55,869 bases of DNA from Paraspadella gotoi (GCA_051294375.1 CM119268.1:22268982-22324850), one strand, 5' to 3'; positions 1-11,434 are shown, counted from the stretch's first letter. Translations and numbers: made by a program. Notes: generated from the sequence alone by a model not told the origin.

Positions 1-678
1 GAGGGTGAAGGGGGCGGGGTGGCGGCGAAAATTGGCGGCGAAAGTGGTGGAGGCAGAATTGAGAGATGAAGGGTCGTGCTGCCAGAGGTCGATGAGAAGA
101 AGGTAGCTCTTGTTTTTAGTTGTTTGTTTGGTTTCTAGTTGTTTGTTTGTTGTTTTTTAGTTGTTTGTTTTGTTGTTTTTAGTTGTTTTGTTTGTTGTTT
201 TTAGTTGTTTGTTTGTTGTTTTTAGTTGTTGTGGTTTGTTATGTTATTAGTTTTTTGTTTGTTTTTTAGTTTGTTTTGTTGTTTCTGTTAATGTTGTTGT
301 TTTTAGTTGTTTATGTTTAGTTTAGATTGTTTAGTTCTCTTAATGTTGTTCTTATTTGCTTTCTGTTTATTTTTTTGTTGTTTTAGGGGTTTGTTATGGT
401 TTTTGATTAATTGTTGTTATTGTCTTTTTTATTACTTTTTGTAATTTAAAATAATTATTATAATTGTTGTTGGGTTTGTATTTTGGGTTTAATAGGGTTT
501 TTCTTGTCGGTTGTTTTTATTATTTGGTTGTTGTTGTCATTGTGTGGTTATTGTTTATTATTTTGGTTTCGTTGGTTTGTTTTTCAATTTGACTTTATCG
601 CATTTAATTCTAAATTGGATTATTACTATTAAAAATTAAATATTCTAAAAACCTCCCTTTTTTCCTTCCATGCTTCAG
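1..678 (+). repeat. Inverted noisy copy of exon 7 3' end and intron 7 (reverse complement of ~2410-2975)
   Basis: 1-102 is the reverse complement of 2881-2975, with donor AAG|GTAGCT at 103, the (TTG/TTTG)-rich intron, and acceptor CTTCAG at 678. Confidence 0.85.
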
Positions 679-692
679 TGCTGGGCGTGGTG

Positions 693-1415
693 CGCGCCAT
701 CTATCCTCTCGTAGGCGACGCCTTTCGCCGCCAGATGGAATCCCATTTCGTCGAGAGAACGGAAGAGATCTTTGGCGGCCGTGGAGGAGGAGGAAGAGGC
801 AGAGCGATCCACTATTGAGACGAAAAAGAGTGCTTTATTCTCATTTGCATATTGCGGTGTTTAAATATTTTTTTTTTGAATAAAAGTTAGTTGGATCTTT
901 TTTCTTTTTTGGTCTAAAATTGAGGTGATATTTTATCTTTTATAATTTTTTGTTGAATTGTAATTGTATCATTATATTAATAAAGTTATTTTATTATCCC
1001 CATCTTCTTTGCTTCTCTGCCTTCTCACCCAATCTCTCCGTCAATTGGTCGGCCATCCCCACGACTCGGTCCACCCTCTTCGCCAACTCCGCCGTCGGCA
1101 CATTCTTCAACTTCTCCGCCAGAGAAGCGAAGAGGCGACCCTCTTTGAAGACCTGCTCCAGCGTCGGGAGACTCTTCTCGTTGTCTATCACATCCAGGAC
1201 AGTCTCCAGGTCTACATCCGGGTCTTCGAGCAGATTCTCCATCTGGGACGTGTCGCAGGAGCAGGTGTAGTTCGTCGGGAGGCTCTGGGGGGACGAGGGA
1301 GTTGGTGGGGGGATGCAAGAGATGTTGTAGTTAGTACAGGTGATGTCATGTCGTTGATTTGTTTATTTTATTTTTGGTATTGTTTGATGCCATCTCAGAG
1401 AAGCAGAGAAATAGT
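693..1415 (-). repeat. Direct copy of part of exon 7, intron 6 and exon 6 (equivalent to ~2978-3720)
   Basis: Near-identical to 2978-3720 and 14493-15230. Confidence 0.9.
1029..1284 (-). CDS. Exon 6 (cleanest copy): end of EGF2 and helical GAIN-A region
   Basis: 256 nt, CCCCAG| to TTGG|GTGAGA, with a TACTAAC branch site upstream at 1330-1336. Translation SLPTNYTCSCDTSQMENLLEDPDVDLETVLDVIDNEK...RVDRVVGMADQLTERL. Confidence 0.8.
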
Positions 1416-1425
1416 NNNNNNNNNN

Positions 1426-1541
1426 TCGTCTTCGTCGTCGTGCAGCCCGTTGTCTTCCATCTCATAGATTCTTCGTCAAGAAATCCGCAATGAGGAGTCG
1501 ATTTCAGTTGGAAGGAGGAAGAGGAGGGAGTAAAGGAAAAG
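1426..1541 (-). CDS. Exon 9 (partial): N-terminal half of GPS motif
   Basis: Acceptor CCCACAG|, phase 2 matching exon 8. Translation (S)FSFTPSSSSFQLKSTPHCGFLDEESMRWKTTGCTTTKT fits GPS C-x-F-x-D...W-x-T-x-G-C and runs into the N gap. Confidence 0.85.
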
Positions 1542-4500
1542 CTGTGGGAGGAGGAAGAGGAAGAAAGAGGGTTTACATATATTGTAAAATGTAATTCTTT
1601 CTTTAGATCATTTACATGAAGCAGTGGTCATTTTATATAACCCAAATAATTCTTAAAAACATTATACCGTATCATTGATAGGGAAGCCTGAAAAACTGGG
1701 AATTATTAAACTAAACTGTACGAGAGTCTTGATTGAAAGATTTCAGAGTCCTGCTATATTATTATCTTGTCAGAGTGATGGAGGCCTTAAACCACCAAAG
1801 CCTGTCCAAAGTCAAGGGCAAGATAGCTTAAACTTATTTATATTTATATTTATATTTATCTCATCATGTCATCGTTCGTCGATGCTTTCTCATGTCAAAT
1901 TTTAAAACCCGGACTTGCCCAAACCTTTTAATATTTACTATTATCCTTTCCATATACTAAAAATATATTTCAGTATCCATCTAGTTCTGAAATCCATAAA
2001 TCTATTAATGCATTCGTAAATGTTGTACAATGTACATCCCTGGTTCAATTTCTATCCCTCTGTCGTCAAATTGAGATGTCATTCTTCATTCACCCCCCCC
2101 ATCCACCTCCCCCCCTCCCCACCTCACCTCAAATTCGCCCTCTCTCCACCCCCAAACTCCACCCTCCTCTGCTCTCCCCCCACCGACGCCCCCACCACAG
2201 CCGACGCCGCCCTCCGAGGGCATCGATCGAATCCCCAGAGAGAGGGCGGACAGGAAGACGGCGTGGAGTCGACGAGGCGTTGGAGGGACGTGGAGGCGGT
2301 GAAGACGACGGCGGAGTCGACGGGAGGGATGGAGATGCGGGTGGAGGCGTTTGGGGAGGGGAAGGTGAAGAGGGAGGAGGAGGAGGAGGAAGAGGAGGAG
2401 GAAGAGGATCTGAAGATGGAAGGGAAAAGAGGAGCTTTAGAATATTAATTATTTTAAGTAATAATCAAATTAGATTAAATGCGATAAAGGTCAAGGTGAA
2501 AACAAACCACGAAACCAAAATAATAACAATAACAACAATGACAACAACAACAAATAATAAAAACAACGACAGACCTATAAACCACAACCACAACAATATA
2601 ATAATATTTTAATTACAAAAAGGTAATAAAAAAGAAAATAACAACAATATCAAAAACCATAACAAACCCCTAAAACAACAAAAATAACAGAAAGCAAAAG
2701 AACAACATTAACAGAACTAAACAACTAAACTAAACATAAACAACTAAAAACAACAACATTAACAGAAACAAACAAACAACTAAAAACAACAAACAAAAAA
2801 CTAAAAACAACAAACAAACAACTAGAAACAACAAACAAACAACTAGAAACAACAAACAAACAACTAGAAACAAGAGCTACCTTCTTCTCATCGACTCTGG
2901 CAGCACGACCCTCATCTCAATTCTGCCTCCACCACTTTCGCCGCCATTTTCGCCGCCACCCCCGCCCTTCACCCTTCCGCGCCATCTTTACCCTCTCGTA
3001 GGCGACGCCCTTTCGCCGCCAGATGGAATCCCATTTCGTCGAGAGAACGGAAGAGATCTTTGGCGGCCGTGGAGGAGGAGGAAGAGGCAGAGCGATCCAC
3101 TATTGAGACGAAAAAGAGTTGCTTTATTCTCATTTGGCATATTGCGGTGTTTAAAATATTTTTTTTTTTGAATAAAAGTTAGTTGGATCTTTTTTCTTTT
3201 TGGTCTAAAATTGAGGTGATATTTTATCTTTTATAATTTTTTGTTGAATTGTAATTGTATCATTATATTAATAAAGTTATTTTATTATCCCCATCTTTCT
3301 TTGCTTCTCTGCCTTCTCACCCAATCTTCGCGTCAATTGGTCGGTGGCCATCCCCAACGGACTCGGTCCACCCTCTTCGGCCAAACTCCGCCGGCATCGC
3401 CATTCTTCAACTCTTCCGCCAGAGAAAGCGAAGAGGCGACCCTCTTTTGAAGACCTGCTCCAGCGTCGGGAGACTCTTCTCGTTGTCTATCACATCCAGG
3501 ACAGTCTCCAGGTCTACATCCGGGTCTTCGAGCAGATTCTCCATCTGGGACGTGTCGCAAGGAGCAGGTGTAGTTCGTGTCGGGAGCTCTTGGGGGGAAC
3601 GAGGGAGTTGGTTGGGGGTTTGCTGCAAGAGATGTTGGTAGTTAGTACCAGGTGATGGTTCATGTCGTTTTTGATTTTTTTATTTTTATTTTGTTGGTTT
3701 GGATGAAGCAGAAGAAAAATTGAGAATCTGTTATAGTTTGTTCTTAATAAAATTTGAATAAATATCAATCGAATCTGAAATTTTAATTAAAGTTATCTCC
3801 AAATATTTAATTTAATCCTTAGAAGCAAATTAATGATTTAATAGTAGTCGTACATTACTAATTAGTGGTCTCTTCCAATTGTGTTTTTTAATATTTGTGA
3901 TTTTAGATATCATTATTTTCATTATATTATGTAACTTTACTCACAAAAAAAAAAAAATACTACGGGTAAACCCTGCGGCCATGTCTCTAATACTACTGCC
4001 ACCTTGCAAGGGCATCCCCGACAAGGATTGGATTTGCAGAAATCAATTGGGACACAGATTCCCTCGAGTTCTTTTCGAATCCTTCGTTGCAAGAACAGAC
4101 GTCGACGAAGCGCTTGGCAAGTCCCGTTGGCGCAGGTGGGCAACAGACAGAGATCTAAAGGGAAGTTAATATTTAACTTTATGAGGGAACATTTTTACAT
4201 AATGTATCAAAACATCAAACCCTGAGAACATTGTTACTGCCTCACGGCCTTTAATAAGAGTAGATATCTAAAACAATTTTAACAAGGAACTAAAAAAAAC
4301 AAGAAGTGACCGTAAAACAAAATGCTACAATACCGAGAGTCATTTGAACTGTCAGTAAAATTAAACATTTGAGAATAGTTTTGTAAGCATAATCTAAAAC
4401 AAGAGATTTTTTTTTATTAATACCAAAAACAGTATTGACAAAATATGGCAACAGCCGGGTTGCCTGTGATGCCCATTGGGATGGGGCATCTCACTGTTGG

Positions 4501-6303
4501 CTTTTGGGGGCTTCCGACCCTCAGTGACGCTCCAGTCCACTGGCGCGGTTTACCCCTAGGACGTCTCGCTTTGCCAACGCAGAGGGAAGTCCATTAGGAC
4601 TGTGGATGGTAACACTACGCCTGGAGTGCGATGGTGTTCCCCCTCTGAGCCAATGGATTTGGCTGAACGATGGTGGACGTGAGGCGGTGTGAAATACCGC
4701 CAAAATCACAAAAACAAAGTATCAGTGTAAAAAACTAGAAAACAGTAAGCAAGTAAAAACTAAACTATTAAAATTCAACAGAAACAAAAGACACTAACGT
4801 TTAAATGGACTAATAAATAAAATGCTATGAACTAATTTATAAGAAACTATAAAATATAACGTTCAAGAACGTTCAAAATTCAAATTTTTAAAACCAAAAA
4901 ACAAGAGAATTTTGCTACTCTTTCGTTATTTGCCACAAATAAGTTTTCTAAAATAATTTTAAATCCCAATCTTTTAAGAGTGTGCAAACTGTGCATGTTT
5001 AAGTGAAGTTAATTTTCAAGCGACAATACCAGATGTGATCTTCATTCATTTATCCTTGATAAATCTCTACCCTCAAAAGCGTAAGCTCGTCATCAAAGCT
5101 TAATCCTCCAAATGATCCTATCAAATTTTGTTTACTGCAGTATGCAAATGAGTTTTTGTCGCTGCTTAATTTAGCTCTAATCCCTCTCACCTTTGCAGAG
5201 CGTCCGCTCGACGAACTCGGCGTGTCGCTCCACCATTTCTCTGAAGGAGCCGAAGTAAAGAGTGGAGCGACAGAGTCTCCGCTGATTTCGCTCCAGCGGA
5301 GCTCCTCTGCCCGGCGCCTCGGCGACGACTAAGCAATAGAAGAAGCACGCCGGGCGGAGGTGATCGATCGAGCGGGCGAAGATCGTCGTGATCCGTCGTG
5401 AAGGATCACGATCTGATTGGTGGAGAATTGAGTGGACGTGGCCGATTAGATGTGTCGTTGCTCATTTGTTGGTTCGTCGTTTGTTAATTAATGAGCGTTT
5501 TAGTTTTGAAGCGATTTAGTATGTAATTTTTTAAAATTTATTTATTGTACTTCTTTGTGTTCCTCTCCGTACCTTCGGGAAGCCCCGCCTGTGCCTTCCG
5601 GCTGCAGCCTCAACCTCATAATCTTCCAGTGTCTTCACAGCCCGTTCGAGGTGGTCGAGCCGCAGAGTAAAGACTTTTCTTAATCCTTTCGTGTGAATTT
5701 CTGGAGATGGTTTTACTGTTGTTGTATTCAATTATAATGTTTTGTGGATTTTTTATTTGTACTGTTTGTTCTATGGAATCATCGTTATTTTACGTAAATT
5801 CACTACTTTATATTTTTAAGTGAGTGGTCTTTTCATACAATTGAAACATTCTTTGAAACATTATACCACTTCATAGGATAGGAAGCCAGGTACTCTGGAG
5901 TGAGCAAACGAGACTGTGAGAGAGTCTTGATTGAAAGCTTGCAAGCGGACTGCTATGTCATTATCTTGTAAGAGGGATGGACACCTTAGAACCTACACCA
6001 AAGCCTGTCCAAAGTCAGGGCAAGATGTAGTATTTATAAAGGAATGGATAATTATTAATTTGGTTGTACCAAATTCATAGATTGAGGATTTGTGAAGAAT
6101 TTCACAGGTTCCACGTTTGTACACATATTACGGTTTTAGGTGTTAGAGTTTGTTTGTTTTTAACCAATTTCGTGACAAAATCAATTCCAGACAAAACGCC
6201 GCGATTTTTTCTGTTTGTGCTCTCGGTTTATGTACTTGGTCATTAAAATTCTTTTTGAATTTTATACTTCTATGTGTATTTTTAACTTTTATTTTGAAAA
6301 GAA

Positions 6304-6387
<84 letters not shown>

Positions 6388-7243
6388 AACAGACAGACAA
6401 ACCCTAAACAAACCCCCATATTTTCCTCACCTCAAGTAAGTCTCCGACATTCCCATGGAATCCGCAAAAGTGAGTCGCGTGTGCAACTCCTCGTCGAAGG
6501 AGTAGATGCACGTCGGAGGCTTTGGGCCGACGAACCAACTTGAAGGGATCGAGGAAAGAGGAGGAAGTCGAGTTGGTCTTCAAGACCGGGTTGGGTCACG
6601 TCTGCTGCTGCTTTGATCAATGAGGAAGAGGACATCCGAAGACGCGTTGTTTAGAGACAAGGAAGCAGCTCTGGATCAGGGATTAAAAGTTGGGCTCTCT
6701 TTTTCAAAAGCGTCGCTTTTCATTTCCGAAATCCCGGAACTTAATATTTAATATTTATATATTACAAACCGATAACCCAATCCCTTACTTTAATCCCTAA
6801 CTTAAATCTTTAACCCTAACCTTAACCCCTAATTCTAATCTTTAACCCAAAGCCCTAACCATAGTCTTTAAACATAATCCAAACCCCTAACCCTTAACCC
6901 CTAATCCCTAACCTAATTTTTAACCATAACCTTAACCCCCTAATTCCTCAACTTTAACCCCTAACCCTAAACCATAGTCTTTAAACTTAATCCCCAACCA
7001 TATTCCTTAATTTTAATCCCTAACTTAACCCCATTACCTTATACCTTAGAGATTGGGTTAAATATTATGTTAGGAACTAAGGAACAGAAATTAGACGGTT
7101 TCGGAAAATAGTGCCAAAAAAAATAAAAGTTATTATTAAAAATTGTATTAATACTTACGCTGAATGTAGGACAGGAACGGCCAAGGGAGAAGGCGGGAAA
7201 ATACAAACGATTGAAAAAATACAGCCGGAACTCGTAGATCCAT
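1426..7243 (-). CDS. Adhesion GPCR-like gene, copy A (9 exons): signal peptide-VWA-EGF-EGF-GAIN-GPS, 3'-truncated by a gap
   Basis: Exons read manually with GT/AG boundaries: 7159-7243, 6431-6670, 5573-5700, 5191-5412, 4003-4154, 3321-3588, 2881-3099, 2128-2409, 1426-1541. Intron phases are compatible (1,2,0,1,0,1,2,2) when the cleanest copy of each exon is used. Copy A has scattered single-base indels in exons 1-7. Confidence 0.85.
1620..1830 (+). mobile_element. Diverged copy of the dispersed element (intron 8)
   Basis: Same core (GAGTGATGGAGGCCTTAAACCACCAAAGCCTGTCCAAAGTCA) with substitutions. Confidence 0.8.
2128..2409 (-). CDS. Exon 8: GAIN-B beta strands
   Basis: 282-nt open exon, TTCAG| to GAG|GTGAGG. 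Translation S12-LFTFPSPNASTRISIPPVDSAVVFTASTSLQRLV...AASAVVGASVGGEQRRV...ANL follows the GAIN pattern xxFP / SIxL / VVF..Y.xL / NSxVIxAS. Absent from the ORF track. Confidence 0.85.
2881..3099 (-). CDS. Exon 7: GAIN domain (AKDLFRSLDEMGFHLA...RIEMRVVLP), with indel noise
   Basis: AATAG| to AAG|GTAGCT. Resembles the last GAIN-A helix and first GAIN-B strand of latrophilins (ATMLLDVLEEGAFLLA...VVLEVTVL, recalled pattern). Confidence 0.75.
4445..4706. mobile_element. ~260-bp GC-rich structured insertion in intron 4 of copy A
   Basis: Absent at the equivalent position of copy C (~15955-15985), flanked by CAAAAT (4439-4444 and 4701-4706), and made of consecutive hairpins. Confidence 0.65.
6716..7115. 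repeat. Degenerate telomere-like (TAACCC/TAATCC) array bounded by short imperfect inverted repeats; duplicated at ~11811-12216 and ~18310-18790
   Basis: TAACCC-type hexamers at 6773-7045, with TTTCCGAAA (6723-6731) and TTTCGGAAA (7099-7107) at the flanks. Confidence 0.6.
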
Positions 7244-7835
7244 GACTTTTTGCTTAAGGCGTTTTTATTTGTAGCGCGATACAGTAAACGCGGTTTATAG
7301 AAAAAGATTGGAAGCCAGTAGGTATTTTTTTATTGCACTCAGTTTTGAATAAAAAATATTCAAAACTTTTATTGGAGCCTTTTTTTTTTTTTTTTCACGT
7401 TTTCGCAAAAAAAGGAGAAAAATTCAATTCGTTGCTGGGTTAAATTCCAGATATATGCACGGGAGAGAGTCAGAGAGAGATAGAGACAGAGAGAGAGAGG
7501 AATTCGATTTTATCATTTCACCTGCTCGATACTTTAATTTTATTTTCCAAAATGTTATCAGATCGATTTTTTTTTCCAATTTCTCTTTTTTAAAGTTTGA
7601 GTTTTTGAGTTTTGTGTGAAATATCTATTTGTGAATTGTGACAAACCGTTCAATATTATAAATCCTGTTTTCGAATTTAACTGAAAATCAAAGACAAATT
7701 ATATTTTTTTTTGTCAAATTTGGTAAAATAATCAGTCTTGATTTATATTACTTATAATCGTTTGTTGAAGAAGTCAAAGCTTATTTTTATTCTTGTGGCC
7801 AAAAACAATCTTTTGTCATATTTTGAGAGAGAAAG

Positions 7836-7887
<52 letters not shown>

Positions 7888-8045
7888 AGCTGTCAAGGTT
7901 GGTTTCCACCTTCGTTATGTCTTTCAATTGTTCCTTTTTTAACATTTTATTATTTTTTTTTTTCTGTTCAATTTTTTTTCAATTGATCGATCGTTTAATG
8001 GTGGTATATCTGGAAAAGAAGAACGAATAATCTGAAAGATGAAAG

Positions 8046-8131
<86 letters not shown>

Positions 8132-8845
8132 TTTCCCCTTCGTACTCAAAGATAACGCGATGCGCGGAAAGAATTCATTTCCAACAAAACTCGAATCGAA
8201 AAGTTTCAAAAAACACCCGCAAAATTAAATAAGTCTTTACTTTAAACTCCCTTCGCTGTAGCCGGTTGCGTTTTACTTTATGACGGAATTACTGTACTTT
8301 TGGGTTGCTTAAATCTTCGTACGGAGGAAGGAACGTTTATTCGCGACACGGATTTCTGGTTGTTTTTTTTCTGAGAAAATAATAATATTTTTGGATTTTA
8401 ATACAAGAATATTGATAAAAGGCGGAGGTGGTCGATAAAAGTAGAGAGAAGGAGGGGGGGGGGGCTCGGGGGCGTATGTTTTAATTTAGTTTGACGAGAA
8501 CCGAGATTGAATTATTAAGTGTTAGGGTTAGTCAATTATATCAATTAAATGAATCAATTTGAGTCTTTGATAGAATCTAATGGAAAAGATGATCTATTAA
8601 ATGAAGTAGAAGGGGAGAGCGGTCAAACGCCGCAAGAGCTTTGCCGAATTGTAAAAATATTTGTAAAGAATTTGGTAAAAATTTATAATTAAAAATGATA
8701 TTATCGCTACAACAAAGCGACGAAGACTTGATTTCATCCGAAGAATTCGCGTCGTCATTACGTTTTATTCTCAATACATAAATTTATCCCTTCGAGAAAA
8801 TACAAACAGCTAAGTGTTAAAAAAAAAAAGTTGTCACGTGATAAG

Positions 8846-8925
8846 TAAACATTAGGACAGACTTCGACTGACAAATAAACTTTAAACATTAGGACAGACA
8901 ATCGACTGACAAATAAACTTTAAAC
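8846..8925. repeat. ~38-bp tandem duplication TAAACATTAGGACAGAC..TCGACTGACAAATAAACTT x2 (also ~20237-20315)
   Basis: Direct repeat visible, preceded by GTCACGTGA at 8833-8841. Confidence 0.85.
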
Positions 8926-9646
8926 TTCTTGATCGCGAGAGGTAATTTTCGCTTATTCATCTCGGGAGAAGAAAACATTTTTTTTAAAAGAAAGATAATC
9001 GCAGTTGATATTCAAGTTAAATTAAATGATACATGTTTGAATTATTTAAAGAAAATGATTGATTTTTTAAAACTTCTGACCGAAACGTGATTGGAAAAAA
9101 ACATTTAACATTTTATCTTTCTTTAGTAGTAGTTTAACTTGTTTAGTTTATTTAAGTTTATTGATGATTTATGATGAAAAGAGTTTTTTGAAAATGATGA
9201 TGAAAACGAGAAATTAGATTTAAAATTGACTATTAATCTTTTTTTATTTACATTTCCAAAGAAAGAGTAAGAAGTAAACGTCAGCTTAAGAAAAAATAAA
9301 TAAAATGTTCTCATTTTCCAAAAAAAAATTCTGTAAAGTGATTCGCTTTGTGCCAAAGACAGAAATTTTCCGAGTTTTTTTTTTTTCTCCTGAAGAAAAA
9401 ATACAAACAAAAATTACTGTTACAACTTTTTTTTTTTCCGAATTTCCTATCATATTTTTTTCCTTAACCTTTATCATTTCTTAAAACTTTTTTTTTTTTG
9501 TATATCTTTGTTTTGGCTCAAAATCGAACCAAACGGAGTTTTCGAAACTAGATCGGTCCCGTGAATACGGTAATGGAGTTTGTGGGGGGGCAGATTGGAA
9601 NNNNNNNNNNNNNNNNNNNNNNNNNCATGTCTCTAATACTGCCCAC

Positions 9647-9798
9647 CTTGCAAGGGCATCCCCGACAAGGATTGGATTTGCAGAAATCAATTGGGACACA
9701 GGATCCCTCCGAGTTCTTTTCGAATCCTTCGTTGCAAGAACAGACGTCGACGAAGCGCTGGCAAGTCCCGTTGGCGCAGGTGGGCAACAGACAGAGAT
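9647..9798 (-). CDS. Exon 5 (copy B): EGF-like domain 1 and first part of EGF-like domain 2
   Basis: TTTAG| to AAG|GTGGGC. Translation (D)LCLLPTCANGTCQRFVDVCSCNEGFEKNSEGSCVPIDFCKSNPCRGCPCK. Confidence 0.9.
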
Positions 9799-10331
9799 CT
9801 AAAGGGAAGTTAATATTTAACTTTATGAGGGAACATTTTTACATAATGTATCAAACATCAAACCCTGAGAACATTGTTACTGCCTTCACGGCCTTTAATA
9901 AGAGTAGATATCTAAAACAATTTTAACAAGGAACTAAAAAAAACAAGAAGTGACCGTAAAAACAAAAATGCTACAATACCGAGAGTCATTTGAACTGTCA
10001 GTAAAATTAAACATTTGAGAATAGTTTTGTAAGAATACTATCGCTAAAGAACAATGAGCAAATTTGCTACTCTTTCGTTATTTGCCACAAATAAGTTTTC
10101 TAAAATAATTTTAAATCCCATCTTTTTAAGAGTGTGCAAACTGTTGCATGTTTAAGTGAAGTTAATTTCAAGGGACAATACCAGATGTGATCTTCATTCA
10201 TTTATCCCTTGATAAATCTTTCTACCCTCAAAAGCGTAAGCTCTGTCATCAAAGCTTAATCTCCAAATGATCCTATCAAATTTTGCTTTAGGCAGTATGG
10301 CAAATAAGTTTTTAGCTCTAATCCCTCTCAC

Positions 10332-10551
10332 CTTTGCAGAGCGTCCGCTCGACGAACTCGGCGTGTCGCTCCACCATTTCTCTGAAGGAGCCGAAGTAAA
10401 GAGTGGAGCGACAGAGTCTCCGCTGATTTCGCTCCAGCGGAGCTCCTCTGCCCGGCGCCTCGGCGACGACTAAGCAATAGAAGAAGACGCCGGGCGGAGG
10501 TGATCGATCGAGCGGGCGAAGATCGTCGTGATCCGTCGTGAGGATCACGAT
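10332..10551 (-). CDS. Exon 4 (copy B): C-terminal part of VWA domain
   Basis: ATCAG| to AAAG|GTGAG. Starts IVILTTD, giving PK|IVILTTD (MIDAS Asp), and ends VERTLCK. Confidence 0.88.
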
Positions 10552-10710
10552 CTGATTGGTGGAGAATTGAGTGGACGTGGCCGATTAGATGTGTCGTTGC
10601 TCATTTGTTGGTTCGTCGTTTGTTAATTAATGAGCGTTTTAGTTTTGAAGCGATTTAGTATGTAATTTTTTTAAATTTATTTATTTTACTTCTTTTGTTC
10701 CTCTCCGTAC

Positions 10711-10843
10711 CTTCGGGAAGCCCCGCCTGTGCCTTCCGGGCTGCAGCCTCAACCTCATAATCTTCCCAGTGTCTTCCACAGCCCGTTCGAGGTTGGTCGA
10801 GCCGCCAGAGTAAAGACTTTTCTTTAATCCTTTCGTGTAATTT
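10711..10843 (-). CDS. Exon 3 (copy B): central part of VWA domain
   Basis: 133 nt, CTCCAG| to AAG|GTACGG. Translation NYTKGLKKSLYSGGSTNLERAVEDTGKIMRLRLQPGRHRRGFPK has the VWA Y-x-G-G-x-T-N motif (MIDAS Thr). The correct frame is absent from the ORF track. Confidence 0.9.
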
Positions 10844-10959
10844 CTGGAGATGGTTTTACTGTTGTTGTATTACAATTATAATGTTTTGTGGATTTTTTAT
10901 TTGTACTGTTCTATGGAATCATCGTTATTTTACGTAAATTCACTACTTTATATTTTTAA

Positions 10960-11213
10960 GTGAGTGGTCTTTTCATACAATTGAAACATTCTTTGAAACA
11001 TTATACCACTTCATAGATAGGGAAGCCAGGTACTCTGGGAGTGAGCAAACGAGACTGTGAGAGAGTCTTGATTAAAAGCTTGCAGGGACCTGCTATGTCA
11101 ATATCTTGTAAGAGTGATGGAGGCCTTAAACCACCAAAGCCTGTCCAAAGTCAGGGGCAAGATAGCTTATTTATTAAATGAATGGATAATTATTATATTG
11201 GTTGTACCAATTT
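10960..11213 (+). mobile_element. Dispersed ~230-250-bp element (intron 2 copy; also 5820-6075 and 17230-17530 in the duplicated loci)
   Basis: Shares the core GGGAAGCCAGGTACTCTGGGAGTG...GAGAGTCTTGATT...GAGTGATGGAGGCCTTAAACCACCAAAGCCTGTCCAAAGTCAGGG(G)CAAGATAGC...ATTGGTTGTACCAATTT with independent copies elsewhere in the window. Confidence 0.8.
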
Positions 11214-11434
11214 CATAGATTGAGGATTTGTGAAGAATTTCACAGGTTCCACGTTTGTACACATATTACGGTTTTAGGTGTTAGAGTTTGTTTGTTTTTA
11301 ACCAATTTCGTGACAAAATCAATTCCAGACAAAACCGCGATTTTTTCTGTTTGTGCTCTCGGTTTATGTACTTGGTCATTAAAATTCTTTTTTGAATTTT
11401 ATACTTCTATGTGTATTTTTAACTTTTATTTTGA

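Noticed and set aside
990-1030. Possible non-canonical GA donor (TGG G|GATAAT) extending exon 6 to ...KQRRW
   Set aside because: A canonical same-phase donor G|GTGAGA lies upstream at 1028-1027 and is sufficient.
950-3655. Plus-strand ORFs at 950-1467, 2020-2612 and 3241-3655
   Set aside because: Antisense shadows of GC-rich minus-strand exons.
4454-4640. SRP RNA, RNase P/MRP, tRNA-SINE or HDV-like identity for the structured insertion
   Set aside because: Only short resemblances (GCCGGG..TGCCTGT, GAGGGAAGTCC). I could not build SRP helix 8, RNase P CR-V, proper A/B boxes or an HDV nested pseudoknot.
5531-5731. ORF-track translation ...TLRLDHLERAVKTLEDY...
   Set aside because: Frameshift-scrambled version of exon 3; copy B gives the VWA-consistent frame.
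11090-11175. Dispersed element as a decayed reverse-transcriptase fragment (minus-strand YLALTLDR-like peptide) or as a coding ORF (1675-1905)
   Set aside because: Very short similarity, in-frame stops, and no synonymous bias between copies.
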